Part shown: positions 15,593 to 23,645 of the stretch, piece after piece
How the letters are laid out: each line of letters starts with the position of its first letter
Numbering within the stretch: the first letter of the stretch is position 1
NCBI GenBank assembly: GCA_043746675.1
Contig: JAYTQP010000115.1
Location: 1-26,425, forward strand
Direction of reading: 5' to 3'
DNA: 26,425 bases
From: Rhodospirillales bacterium
Lineage (GTDB): Bacteria; Pseudomonadota; Alphaproteobacteria; Acetobacterales; Acetobacteraceae
Notes under the pieces: model-generated
Databases searched by the model: none
The model's input: the letters and a program-made list of their open reading frames with translations, nothing else
What the model was told of the DNA's origin: nothing
Made by a program: the position numbers and the translations under genes

Positions 15593-16192
15593 GTGACGCA
15601 TTTCTGGCTTCAATACGGCGCGCTGGCCTATTTCGGCGCGGCGCTCTGGGCGTTTTTCGAAGGCGAGACCTTCGTGCTGTTCTCCGCCGCCGCTGGGCAC
15701 GATAACGGCCTGGTCAATCCCTGGCTGCTGATGGTCAGCGTCTGGCTCGGCTCGTTCGCCGGCGACCAGTTATGGTTCTATCTCGGCCGCCGCGTCGGCA
15801 CCAAGGCCTTGCACAAAATCCCCGGCGCCGAAAAGCGGCTGGCGGTGGCGTTCCGCTTCCTCGACCGATACGGCACCGCCTTCGTGCTGACCTTCCGCTT
15901 CGTCTACGGCATCCGCAACGTCTCCGCGGTCGCCTGCGGCATTTCGGGCATGAGCCGCACCCGGTTCGCCACGCTCAACTTCATCGCTGCCGGCATCTGG
16001 GCGGCAACCTTCGTCGCCGCCGGCTGGTTCCTGGCGTCCTGGTTGGGCAAGAAGGGGGTCTGGTGGCTGCTCGCCGGCGCCGGCATGCTGATTTTCTGCG
16101 TGCTGGTGCTCAAAGGCTGGCGTGTCTTACGCGGTGAGCGCACGCGCAAAGCCGCCAGCGCGGCGGCGCTGGATCGCACCAATTTGGCCTAA
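15593..16192 (+). CDS. DedA family membrane protein
   Basis: FFEGETFV, GSFAGDQLWFYLGRR, RFVYGIR motifs. Start uncertain (GTG 15593 or ATG 15551). Confidence 0.9.
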   Translation: MTHFWLQYGALAYFGAALWAFFEGETFVLFSAAAGHDNGLVNPWLLMVSVWLGSFAGDQLWFYLGRRVGTKALHKIPGAEKRLAVAFRFLDRYGTAFVLTFRFVYGIRNVSAVACGISGMSRTRFATLNFIAAGIWAATFVAAGWFLASWLGKKGVWWLLAGAGMLIFCVLVLKGWRVLRGERTRKAASAAALDRTNLA

Positions 16193-16221
16193 CTGGCTTG
16201 TATCCTGATCGCGCCGACGGC

Positions 16222-17154
16222 TTAGAGCGCCACCTTCAGCCGCGCCGCCAGTTCACCGAGGATGCCGCGGCGGAAGAACATGATGCAAAGAACGAAAATG
16301 ATGCCTTGGGTGACAGCGAACCAGGCGCCGAGCTGGGCCAGGTAGCTTTCGATGAAATTGAGGATGAGGGCGCCGAGCACGGGGCCGAAGATGGTTCCCA
16401 TGCCGCCGACCAGGGTCATCAGGATGACCTCGCCGGACTGGGCGTTGGCGACATCGGTGAGGGTGGCGATGCCGAAGACGATGGCCTTGGTGCCGCCGGC
16501 GAGGCCGGCGATGCCGGCGGAGAGGATGAAGACCAGCAGTTTATAGTCGTCGGTGCGATAGCCGAGCGAGGTGGCGCGCGGTTCGTTCTCGCGGATGGCT
16601 TTGAGGATCTGCCCGAACGGCGAATGGACGATGCGGTGGATGAGTAGGAAGGTGGCGAGGAAGATGATGGCGACGACGACGTACATGGTCATGTCGTTTT
16701 GCAGCGAGATCAGGCCGAACAAATTGCCGCGCGGCACTTGCTGAATGCCGTCCTCGCCGCCGGTAAAGCCGGCCTGGGTGCAGAAGAAGAACACCATTTG
16801 CGACAGCGCCAGAGTGATCATGGCGAAGTAAATGCCTTGCCGGCCGATCGCGAGCCAGCCGAACACGGCGCCGAGGCCGGCGCCGACCAGCGCACCGGCG
16901 ATGATGGCAACCTCCGGCGTGAAGCCCCATTGCTTGGCGGAGTAGGCGGCGACGTAGCCGCCCATGCCGAAGAAGGCGGCATGGCCGAAGCTGCCGAGGC
17001 CGACATAGCCGATCAGCAGGTTGTAGGCGCAGGCGAACATGGCGAAGCACAGCACCTTCATCAGCAGCACTGGGTAAAAATACAGCGGTGCGAAGATGAC
17101 GGCGGCGAGCATGATGAGGAAGGCGAGCAGTTGCGAGCGCGGGAAGCCGAACAT
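16222..17154 (-). CDS. livM: Branched-chain amino acid-type ABC transporter permease (LivM-like)
   Basis: GLGSFGHAAFFGMG, YFAMITLA, SPFGQILKAIRENE, LVGGMGTIFGP. Confidence 0.9.
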   Translation of the reverse strand: MFGFPRSQLLAFLIMLAAVIFAPLYFYPVLLMKVLCFAMFACAYNLLIGYVGLGSFGHAAFFGMGGYVAAYSAKQWGFTPEVAIIAGALVGAGLGAVFGWLAIGRQGIYFAMITLALSQMVFFFCTQAGFTGGEDGIQQVPRGNLFGLISLQNDMTMYVVVAIIFLATFLLIHRIVHSPFGQILKAIRENEPRATSLGYRTDDYKLLVFILSAGIAGLAGGTKAIVFGIATLTDVANAQSGEVILMTLVGGMGTIFGPVLGALILNFIESYLAQLGAWFAVTQGIIFVLCIMFFRRGILGELAARLKVAL

Positions 17155-17155
17155 G

Positions 17156-18046
17156 TCAGTGGCCTCCCTTGCCGAACAGGCCGGCCGGGCGGGTGAGCAG
17201 GACGATGACCATGACCACGAAAATCACCACGCCGGAGCCTTGCGGATAGAACACTTTGGTCAGGCCCTCGATGATGCCCAGCCCGAAGCCGCTGACGATG
17301 GCGCCGCCGATCGAGCCCATGCCGCCGATTACCACCACGGCGAAGACGGTGATGATGAAGCTCGCCCCCATGCCGGGGTTGACCGAGTAGATCGGAGCGG
17401 CGAGCACGCCGGCGAAGGCGGCCAGGGCGACGCCCGCGGCGTACGTGAGGGTGATCATGCGCGGCACGTTGATGCCGAAGGACTGCACCATGGCGGGGTT
17501 TTCGGTGGCCGCGCGCAGCTTGGCGCCGAGCGAGGTTTTCTCGATCACCAGCCACACCAGCAGGCACATGCTGGCCGAGGCCACCACCACCCAGCCGCGA
17601 TAATTCGGCATGTACATGAAGCCGAGATTGGTGGCGCCCTGCAATTGTTGCGGAATGGCGAACGACACGCCGGACGAGCCGAACTGGTTGCGCGCCAGCC
17701 CCTCGATCACCAGGGCCAGGCCGAAGGTGAGCAGCAGCCCGTAGAGATGGTCGAGCTTATACAGCCGGGCGATGAAGATTTTCTCCAGCACCACGCCGAA
17801 GGCGCCGACGATGATCGGCGCCAGCAGCAGCGACCACCAGTAGGAGATGCCGAGGAATTCCAGCAGCCCCCAGGCCACGAACGCGCCGAGCATGAACAGC
17901 GCACCGTGGGAGAAGTTGACGATGTTCAACATGCCGAAAATGATGGCAAGCCCCAACGACAGCAAGGCGTAGAAGGCGCCGTTGATCAGGCCGAGCAGAA
18001 GCTGGCCGAACAACAGCGCGGAGGGGTATCCGAAGATCATGAACAT
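17156..18046 (-). CDS. livH: Branched-chain amino acid-type ABC transporter permease (LivH-like)
   Basis: GAFYALLSLGLAIIFGMLNIVNFSHG, LGAKLRAATEN, FAVVVIGGMGS; start at ATG 18046 or 18040. Confidence 0.9.
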   Translation of the reverse strand: MFMIFGYPSALLFGQLLLGLINGAFYALLSLGLAIIFGMLNIVNFSHGALFMLGAFVAWGLLEFLGISYWWSLLLAPIIVGAFGVVLEKIFIARLYKLDHLYGLLLTFGLALVIEGLARNQFGSSGVSFAIPQQLQGATNLGFMYMPNYRGWVVVASASMCLLVWLVIEKTSLGAKLRAATENPAMVQSFGINVPRMITLTYAAGVALAAFAGVLAAPIYSVNPGMGASFIITVFAVVVIGGMGSIGGAIVSGFGLGIIEGLTKVFYPQGSGVVIFVVMVIVLLTRPAGLFGKGGH

Positions 18047-18062
18047 CGCGGCGATCCGTCGA

Positions 18063-19271
18063 TCAGGCTTTGACGAGCGGGCAACCGCCTTCGTTGAGCG
18101 GGCGGAACGCTTCATCGGCCGGGGTCATGCCGATCTGCTTGTAGTAATCCCAGGCGCCCTTGCTTTCGGACGGCTTTTTCACTTCGAACAGATAGCTCGG
18201 GTGGATCTTGCGGCCGTCGATCCGGATGGTGCCTTTGCCGAAACATTCGTCGTCGGTCGGGGTGGCCTTCATCTGAACAACCGTGGCGGCGCCATCGGCC
18301 TTCGCCTTGGCCGCGCCCATCGCGGACGCGACTTTGAGGTAGTGCAGCGCGCTGGAATAGGTACCGGCCTGCACCATCGTCGGTCGCTTGCCCGGCACCG
18401 CCTTGATGAAGCGGTCGGAGAAGGCGCGGGTGGCGGGGTTGAGGTCCCAGTAGAAGCTTTCGGTCAGCGCCAGGCCCTGGCAGATGTCCAGGCCGAGCGA
18501 ATGCACATCCGACACGAAGACCAGCAACCCGGCGAGGCGCATTTTCAGGCCGAATTCCTTCGCCTGCTTGATGCAGTTGATGGTGTCGGCACCGGCATTG
18601 GCGAGGCCGAGCACCTTGGCGCCGCTGGCCTGGGCTTGCAGCAGGAAGGCGGAGAAATCGGTGGTGCCGGGGAACGGGGTTTTCACCCCGCCGATCACCT
18701 TGCCGCCGGCCTTGGTGACGAAGCTGGTGGTGTCGCGTTGCAGCGCGGCGCCGAACGCATAGTCGGCGGCGAGGAAGAACCAACTGTCGCCCCCGGCTTT
18801 CACCATCGCCCCGCCGGTCGATTTGGCCAGCATATAGGTATCGTACACCCAGTGGATGGTGTTGGCGTTGCAGGCCACCCCGGTCAGGTCGGAGGTGGCG
18901 CCGCCGCAGGCCAGGAAGATCTTGTTCTTTTCCTTGGCGACGCCGGCAACCGCGAGGGTGACGGCGGAATTGGCGACTTCGAGGATCACATCGACGCCGT
19001 CGCGATCGAACCATTGCCGGACGATGCCGACGCCGACATCGGGCTTGTTCTGGTGGTCGGCGGAAACCATTTCGACCTTAAAACCGTTCGCCTTGAATTC
19101 GGCGATTGCCATCTGCGCCGCCGCCGCGGCACCGGGCCCGGCGACGTTCTGGTAGGGGCCGGACATGTCGGTGAGGACGCCGAACTTGATGGTGGGAGCT
19201 TGCGCCGAGGCGGCGAACGGAAGCCCGGCGGCAGCGGCGGTGCCAAGCAGGCCGCGACGAGAAATGCGCAT
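18063..19271 (-). CDS. ABC transporter substrate-binding protein (LivJ/K-like, PBP1) with Tat signal
   Basis: AAGGAG RBS before ATG 19271; twin-arginine signal MRISRRGLLGTAAAAG...ASAQA; IKFGVLTDMSGPY, ADHQNKPD, ADYAFG. Ligand unknown. Confidence 0.92.
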   Translation of the reverse strand: MRISRRGLLGTAAAAGLPFAASAQAPTIKFGVLTDMSGPYQNVAGPGAAAAAQMAIAEFKANGFKVEMVSADHQNKPDVGVGIVRQWFDRDGVDVILEVANSAVTLAVAGVAKEKNKIFLACGGATSDLTGVACNANTIHWVYDTYMLAKSTGGAMVKAGGDSWFFLAADYAFGAALQRDTTSFVTKAGGKVIGGVKTPFPGTTDFSAFLLQAQASGAKVLGLANAGADTINCIKQAKEFGLKMRLAGLLVFVSDVHSLGLDICQGLALTESFYWDLNPATRAFSDRFIKAVPGKRPTMVQAGTYSSALHYLKVASAMGAAKAKADGAATVVQMKATPTDDECFGKGTIRIDGRKIHPSYLFEVKKPSESKGAWDYYKQIGMTPADEAFRPLNEGGCPLVKA

Positions 19272-19293
19272 GGAAATCTCCTTAAGAATGGTT

Positions 19294-20001
19294 TCAGACG
19301 CCGAGATAGTCGTGCAGTTTGTCCATGTTGTCGGCGAGGTCGTCATTGCGGAACTGGTCGATCACCTTGCCGTGCTCCATCACGTAATGCTGGTCTGCAA
19401 CCGTTGCGGCGAAACGGAAATTCTGTTCGACCAGCAGCACGGTGAAGCCGCGCTGCTTGATCTCGCGGATCATCCGGCCGATCTGCTGGACGATCACCGG
19501 GGCGAGGCCCTCGGTTGGTTCATCGAGCAGCAGCAGCCGCGCGCCGGTGCGCAGGATGCGGGCGATCGCCAGCATCTGCTGTTCGCCGCCGGATAATTTG
19601 GTGCCCGGGCTGGCGGCGCGTTCGAGCAGGTTGGGAAACAAGCTGTAGATAGTCGGCAGATCGAGCCCGCCTTCGGCGATTTTCGGCGGCAGCAGCAGGT
19701 TTTCGGTCACGTTCAGGCTGGCGAAGATGGCGCGTTCTTCCGGGCACAGCGCGATGCCGGCGCGGCCGATCTGGTCGGGGCGCAGGGCGGTGAGTTCGGC
19801 GCCATCCAGCTTGATCGAACCGCCACGGCGGCCGACGAGGCCCATGATCGCCTTCATGGTGGTGGTTTTGCCGGCGCCGTTGCGGCCCAGCAAGGTTACC
19901 ACCTCGCCCTGGCGGACGGTGAAATCGACGCCGTGCAGGATGTGGCTTTCCCCATACCAGGCGTTCAGCCCGGCGACTTCGAGCATTGCCGGGTCAGCCA
20001 T
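19294..20001 (-). CDS. livF: ABC transporter ATP-binding protein (LivF-like)
   Basis: Walker A GRNGAGKTT, signature LSGGEQQM, Walker B LLLLDEP. Confidence 0.93.
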   Translation of the reverse strand: MADPAMLEVAGLNAWYGESHILHGVDFTVRQGEVVTLLGRNGAGKTTTMKAIMGLVGRRGGSIKLDGAELTALRPDQIGRAGIALCPEERAIFASLNVTENLLLPPKIAEGGLDLPTIYSLFPNLLERAASPGTKLSGGEQQMLAIARILRTGARLLLLDEPTEGLAPVIVQQIGRMIREIKQRGFTVLLVEQNFRFAATVADQHYVMEHGKVIDQFRNDDLADNMDKLHDYLGV

Positions 20002-20773
20002 GAGTGGTTTCCAGTGCGTCGCTGCCGAGATAGGCGGCGATCACCTCGGGGTTTTTCGAGACGGTGGCGTAGTCGCCCTCGGCCAGCACGCGGCCGCGGG
20101 TGAGCACGGTGATGGTGTCGCACAGGCCTTCGACGACCGACAGATTATGTTCCACCATCAGGATGGTGCGGCCGATGCGGATGCGCTTGATCAGGGCGAC
20201 GATGCGATCGACGTCTTCATGGGTCATGCCGGCGGTGGGTTCGTCGAGCAGCATCATCTCCGGATCGAGCGCCAGGGTGGTGGCGATTTCCAGCGCCCGC
20301 TTGCGGCCATAGGGCAGTTCGACCGCCAGCGCGCCGACATAATCGGACAGGCCGACATCGTCGAGCAGGGCGTGGGCGCGGGCGTCGAAGGTATGCAGCA
20401 CCGCTTCGGCCCGCCAGAAATCGAAGCTGCCGCCGCGGGCGCGCTGCAAGGCGAGGCGGACATTTTCCAGCACGGTCAGATGCGGAAACACCGCCGAGAT
20501 CTGGAAACTGCGTACCAGCCCGAGCCGTGCGATTTCAGCCGACTTCAGTGCTGTGATGTCGCGGCCCTTGTAGTGGATAGTGCCGCGCGTCGGTTGCAGG
20601 AACTTGGTCAGCAGGTTGAAGCAGGTGGTTTTGCCGGCACCGTTCGGGCCAATCAGCGCATGGATGGTGCCGGTGCGCACGCGCAGATCCACCCCGTCCA
20701 CGGCGACGAAGCCACGGAACTCCTTGGTCAGGCCTGCGGTTTGCAGAATGGCGTCGGACTGAAAGTCGGACAC
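19994..20773 (-). CDS. livG: ABC transporter ATP-binding protein (LivG-like)
   Basis: GPNGAGKTT, LPYGRKR, MMLLDEP, VEHN; GTG 20773 with a purine-rich RBS is preferred over the ORF-track start at 20926. Confidence 0.92.
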   Translation of the reverse strand: MSDFQSDAILQTAGLTKEFRGFVAVDGVDLRVRTGTIHALIGPNGAGKTTCFNLLTKFLQPTRGTIHYKGRDITALKSAEIARLGLVRSFQISAVFPHLTVLENVRLALQRARGGSFDFWRAEAVLHTFDARAHALLDDVGLSDYVGALAVELPYGRKRALEIATTLALDPEMMLLDEPTAGMTHEDVDRIVALIKRIRIGRTILMVEHNLSVVEGLCDTITVLTRGRVLAEGDYATVSKNPEVIAAYLGSDALETTHG

Positions 20774-20874
20774 TCCGGACTTCCCCTCAAGTTTGTTGTT
20801 CGCATTAAGGGTGGGCTGAATTGCACAGCGCGCAAGGCCGCGCAAGAGCAAGACCGCACGAACGGATAAAGTTT

Positions 20875-20891
20875 TGGCAACATAAATGCCA
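20875..20891 (-). promoter_or_regulatory. sigma54 (-24/-12) promoter pointing at the liv operon
   Basis: Minus strand TGGCAT-TTATG-TTGC fits TGGCAY-N5-TTGC with exact GG-N10-GC spacing, about 100 nt upstream of livG. Confidence 0.6.
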
Positions 20892-20952
20892 TCTACAAGC
20901 CAATGGCGCCGCTCTATGATCGGCACCCCGCTGCCCCGATTGAACGGACCGC

Positions 20953-22407
20953 ATGACCCTACGCCGTACTAGCGCCCTGCTGCTTGCCGCGACCCTGGCG
21001 GGGTGCAACGCCGCCCCAGTCGATAGCGCGCCGCAGATCGCGGTGCCGGCGGCCTATCGCGCCACCCCGGCCAGCGCCGCGCTGGCGTGGCCGCGCGACG
21101 GCTGGTGGCGCGGCTTCAATTCGCCCGATCTGAACGGGCTGATCGATGCGGCGCGGGCGGATAATTTCGATCTCGCCGCCGCCGTCGCCCGGGTGCGGCA
21201 GGCCGATGCCCAGCTTGCCGCCGCCGGGGCGCCGCTGCTGCCGACGGTGGCAGCGGCGGGTAAGGATAGCTGGTCGCGGCAGAGCATTGTGCGGCGAGTG
21301 AGCGCGGGGAGCTTGGCGACGACCGCAGGTTACGCCGAAAGCCGCACGTATAGCCTCACCCCATCGATCAGTTGGGAGCTGGATTTCTGGGGCCGGGTGC
21401 GGGCCGGGCGGGATGCGGCGCGGGCGAGCGCGCTGGCGAGCCGGTTCGACCAGCAGACGGTGGCGCTGACGGTGGTGACCGCGGTCGCCAGCACCTGGTT
21501 CCAGGCGTTGGCCGTGCAGGACCGGCTGGACATAGCCCGGCGCAATCTGGGCGACGCCGAACAGGTGCTGGCGGCGATCCGCGCCCGTCTCGGCGCCGGC
21601 ACCGCGTCCGCACTGGATGTCGCCCAGCAGGAAACCCTGGTCGCCGGCATTCGGGCGCAGGCCCCGGCGCTGCGCAATCAGTTGGAGCAGCAGATCAATG
21701 CGCTTGGGGTGCTGGTCGGCCGGCCGCCGTCGGCGATCACGGTGCGGCCGGGCACGCTGACCGCGCTGTCGCTGCCGGAAACCGGCGCCGGGGTGCCATC
21801 GGCGCTGCTCGGCCGGCGGCCCGATGTTGCCAGCGCGGAAGCCCAGTTGCGGGCGCAGAACGCCAATATCCGCGCCGCCCGTGCGGCCTATTTCCCGCAG
21901 ATCGCGCTGACCGGCAGCGCCGGCTGGTCGAGCCTGGCGTTGCCGCTGCTGTTTGGGCCTAGCTCGCTGTTCGCCGATGCGGCGTTGACCGCGACGCAGA
22001 CGATTTTCGACAATGGCGCCAAGGGCGCGCAAGTGGCGCTGAACCAGGGTCGCTACGACGAATTGCTGGCGGTTTATCGCAAGACCGTGGTGCAGGCGTT
22101 CACCGATGTGGAAAATGCCGTGGTATCGTACCGGCTGACCACGGAGCAGGAGGCGCTGGAACGCCAGGCGGTGGCGACCGCGCAGCGCGCCGCCGACATT
22201 GCCCGCGCCCAGGTGCTCGCCGGCACGATCGATATCGTGACCGCGCTGCAAGCCCAGACCGCCTTGTTCAACGATCTCGATCTGTTGGCGCAGGTTCGGC
22301 TGGCGCGGTTTCAGGCGCTATTGTCGCTTTACAAGGCGCTCGGCGGCGGCTGGTCGGCGGCCGACATCGCCGCGCCGGAAACCCGGCTTTTTCAGGGTGT
22401 GTTATAA
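20953..22407 (+). CDS. Outer-membrane efflux lipoprotein (OMF, NodT/TolC family)
   Basis: Lipobox LAGC, WWRGFNSPDLNGLI, SWELDFWGR, LLGRRPDVASAE, LYKALGGGW. Confidence 0.94.
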   Translation: MTLRRTSALLLAATLAGCNAAPVDSAPQIAVPAAYRATPASAALAWPRDGWWRGFNSPDLNGLIDAARADNFDLAAAVARVRQADAQLAAAGAPLLPTVAAAGKDSWSRQSIVRRVSAGSLATTAGYAESRTYSLTPSISWELDFWGRVRAGRDAARASALASRFDQQTVALTVVTAVASTWFQALAVQDRLDIARRNLGDAEQVLAAIRARLGAGTASALDVAQQETLVAGIRAQAPALRNQLEQQINALGVLVGRPPSAITVRPGTLTALSLPETGAGVPSALLGRRPDVASAEAQLRAQNANIRAARAAYFPQIALTGSAGWSSLALPLLFGPSSLFADAALTATQTIFDNGAKGAQVALNQGRYDELLAVYRKTVVQAFTDVENAVVSYRLTTEQEALERQAVATAQRAADIARAQVLAGTIDIVTALQAQTALFNDLDLLAQVRLARFQALLSLYKALGGGWSAADIAAPETRLFQGVL

Positions 22408-22423
22408 GATGAGAGTGTTGTAG

Positions 22424-23635
22424 GTGCGCGTTCTGGGCAAATTGCTGATCTGGCTGATCGTGCTCGTGGCGGTCGGTGGCGGCGGCTATTGGATGTTCGA
22501 AATCCGGCCGGCCAAACTGACGCAGTCCGCGCGCGCCGCGCGGGGGCCGGGCACCGTTCCGGTGGTGGTTGCCGCCGCCGAAACCAGGGATGTGCCGATT
22601 TTCCTGGACGGGCTTGGCACCGTGCAGGCGTCGGCCAGCGTAACGGTGAAGCCGCAGGTGGATGGCAAACTGATCGAGGTGCGGTTCAGCGAAGGCCAGG
22701 ACGTGCATGTCGGCGACGTGCTGGCCCGGCTCGATCCGCGCGCTTATCAGGCGGCACTCGACCAGGCGACCGCCAAGAAGGCGCAGGATGAGGCGACCTT
22801 GGCCAATGCCAAACTGGATGCGGCGCGCTATGCCAAGCTGGCGGTCAGTTCTTACACCCCGGCGCAGCAGGCCGATACGGCGCGATCGCTGGTGGCGCAG
22901 TTGACCGCGCAGGTGGCCGGCGATCAGGCGCAGATCGACAATGCCCGCACCCAGTTGAGCTACACCACCATCGTGGCGCCGATCGATGGGCGGGCCGGCA
23001 TTCGGCAGGTCGATGCCGGCAATATCGTGCATGCCTCGGATGCCGCCGGGCTGGTGGTGCTGACCACGTTGCAGCCGATTTCGGTGCTGTTCACCTTGCC
23101 GCAGCAGGCGCTGCCCGAGGTCGCCAGCGCAATGCGGGCCGGGCCGGCGGTGGTGCTGGCGCTGCCGCAGAACAACGATACGGTGCAAACCCGTGCGGTG
23201 CTCGACCGCGGCACCTTGACCGTGCTGGACAATCAGGTTGACCCGACAACCGGCACGATCAAAATGAAAGCGACGTTTCCGAACGCCTCACTAGCGCTAT
23301 GGCCGGGCGCCTTCGTAACTGTGCGGTTGCAGGTGCGCATCTGGCAGCAAGCGACCGTGGTGCCGCCGGTGGCGGTGCTGCGTGGGCCGCGCGGAACCTA
23401 CGTCTACATCGCCCGCGACGATATGACCGCCGAGCGCCGCGCGGTGACCGTGGGGCACGAGGATTTGCACAACATCATCATCGCCAGTGGGGTCAAGCCG
23501 GGAGAAAAACTGGTGATCGATGGTGCCGCCCGGCTGTCCGACAAAAGCAAGATCAGCATCGTGAGCCCGGCAAGCGCGCAGGTGCCGTCAGCGCCGGCCG
23601 ATGCGCGCGCCGCCCGCCGGCCAGCAAAGACCTGA
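22424..23635 (+). CDS. mdtA: RND periplasmic adaptor (membrane fusion protein), MdtA-like
   Basis: N-terminal TM segment, GLGTVQA, VKPQVDGKL, IVAPIDGRAGIRQVDAGNIV, DNQVDPTTGTIKMKATFPN. Confidence 0.88.
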   Translation: MRVLGKLLIWLIVLVAVGGGGYWMFEIRPAKLTQSARAARGPGTVPVVVAAAETRDVPIFLDGLGTVQASASVTVKPQVDGKLIEVRFSEGQDVHVGDVLARLDPRAYQAALDQATAKKAQDEATLANAKLDAARYAKLAVSSYTPAQQADTARSLVAQLTAQVAGDQAQIDNARTQLSYTTIVAPIDGRAGIRQVDAGNIVHASDAAGLVVLTTLQPISVLFTLPQQALPEVASAMRAGPAVVLALPQNNDTVQTRAVLDRGTLTVLDNQVDPTTGTIKMKATFPNASLALWPGAFVTVRLQVRIWQQATVVPPVAVLRGPRGTYVYIARDDMTAERRAVTVGHEDLHNIIIASGVKPGEKLVIDGAARLSDKSKISIVSPASAQVPSAPADARAARRPAKT

Positions 23636-23645
23636 GCGGCGCGCG

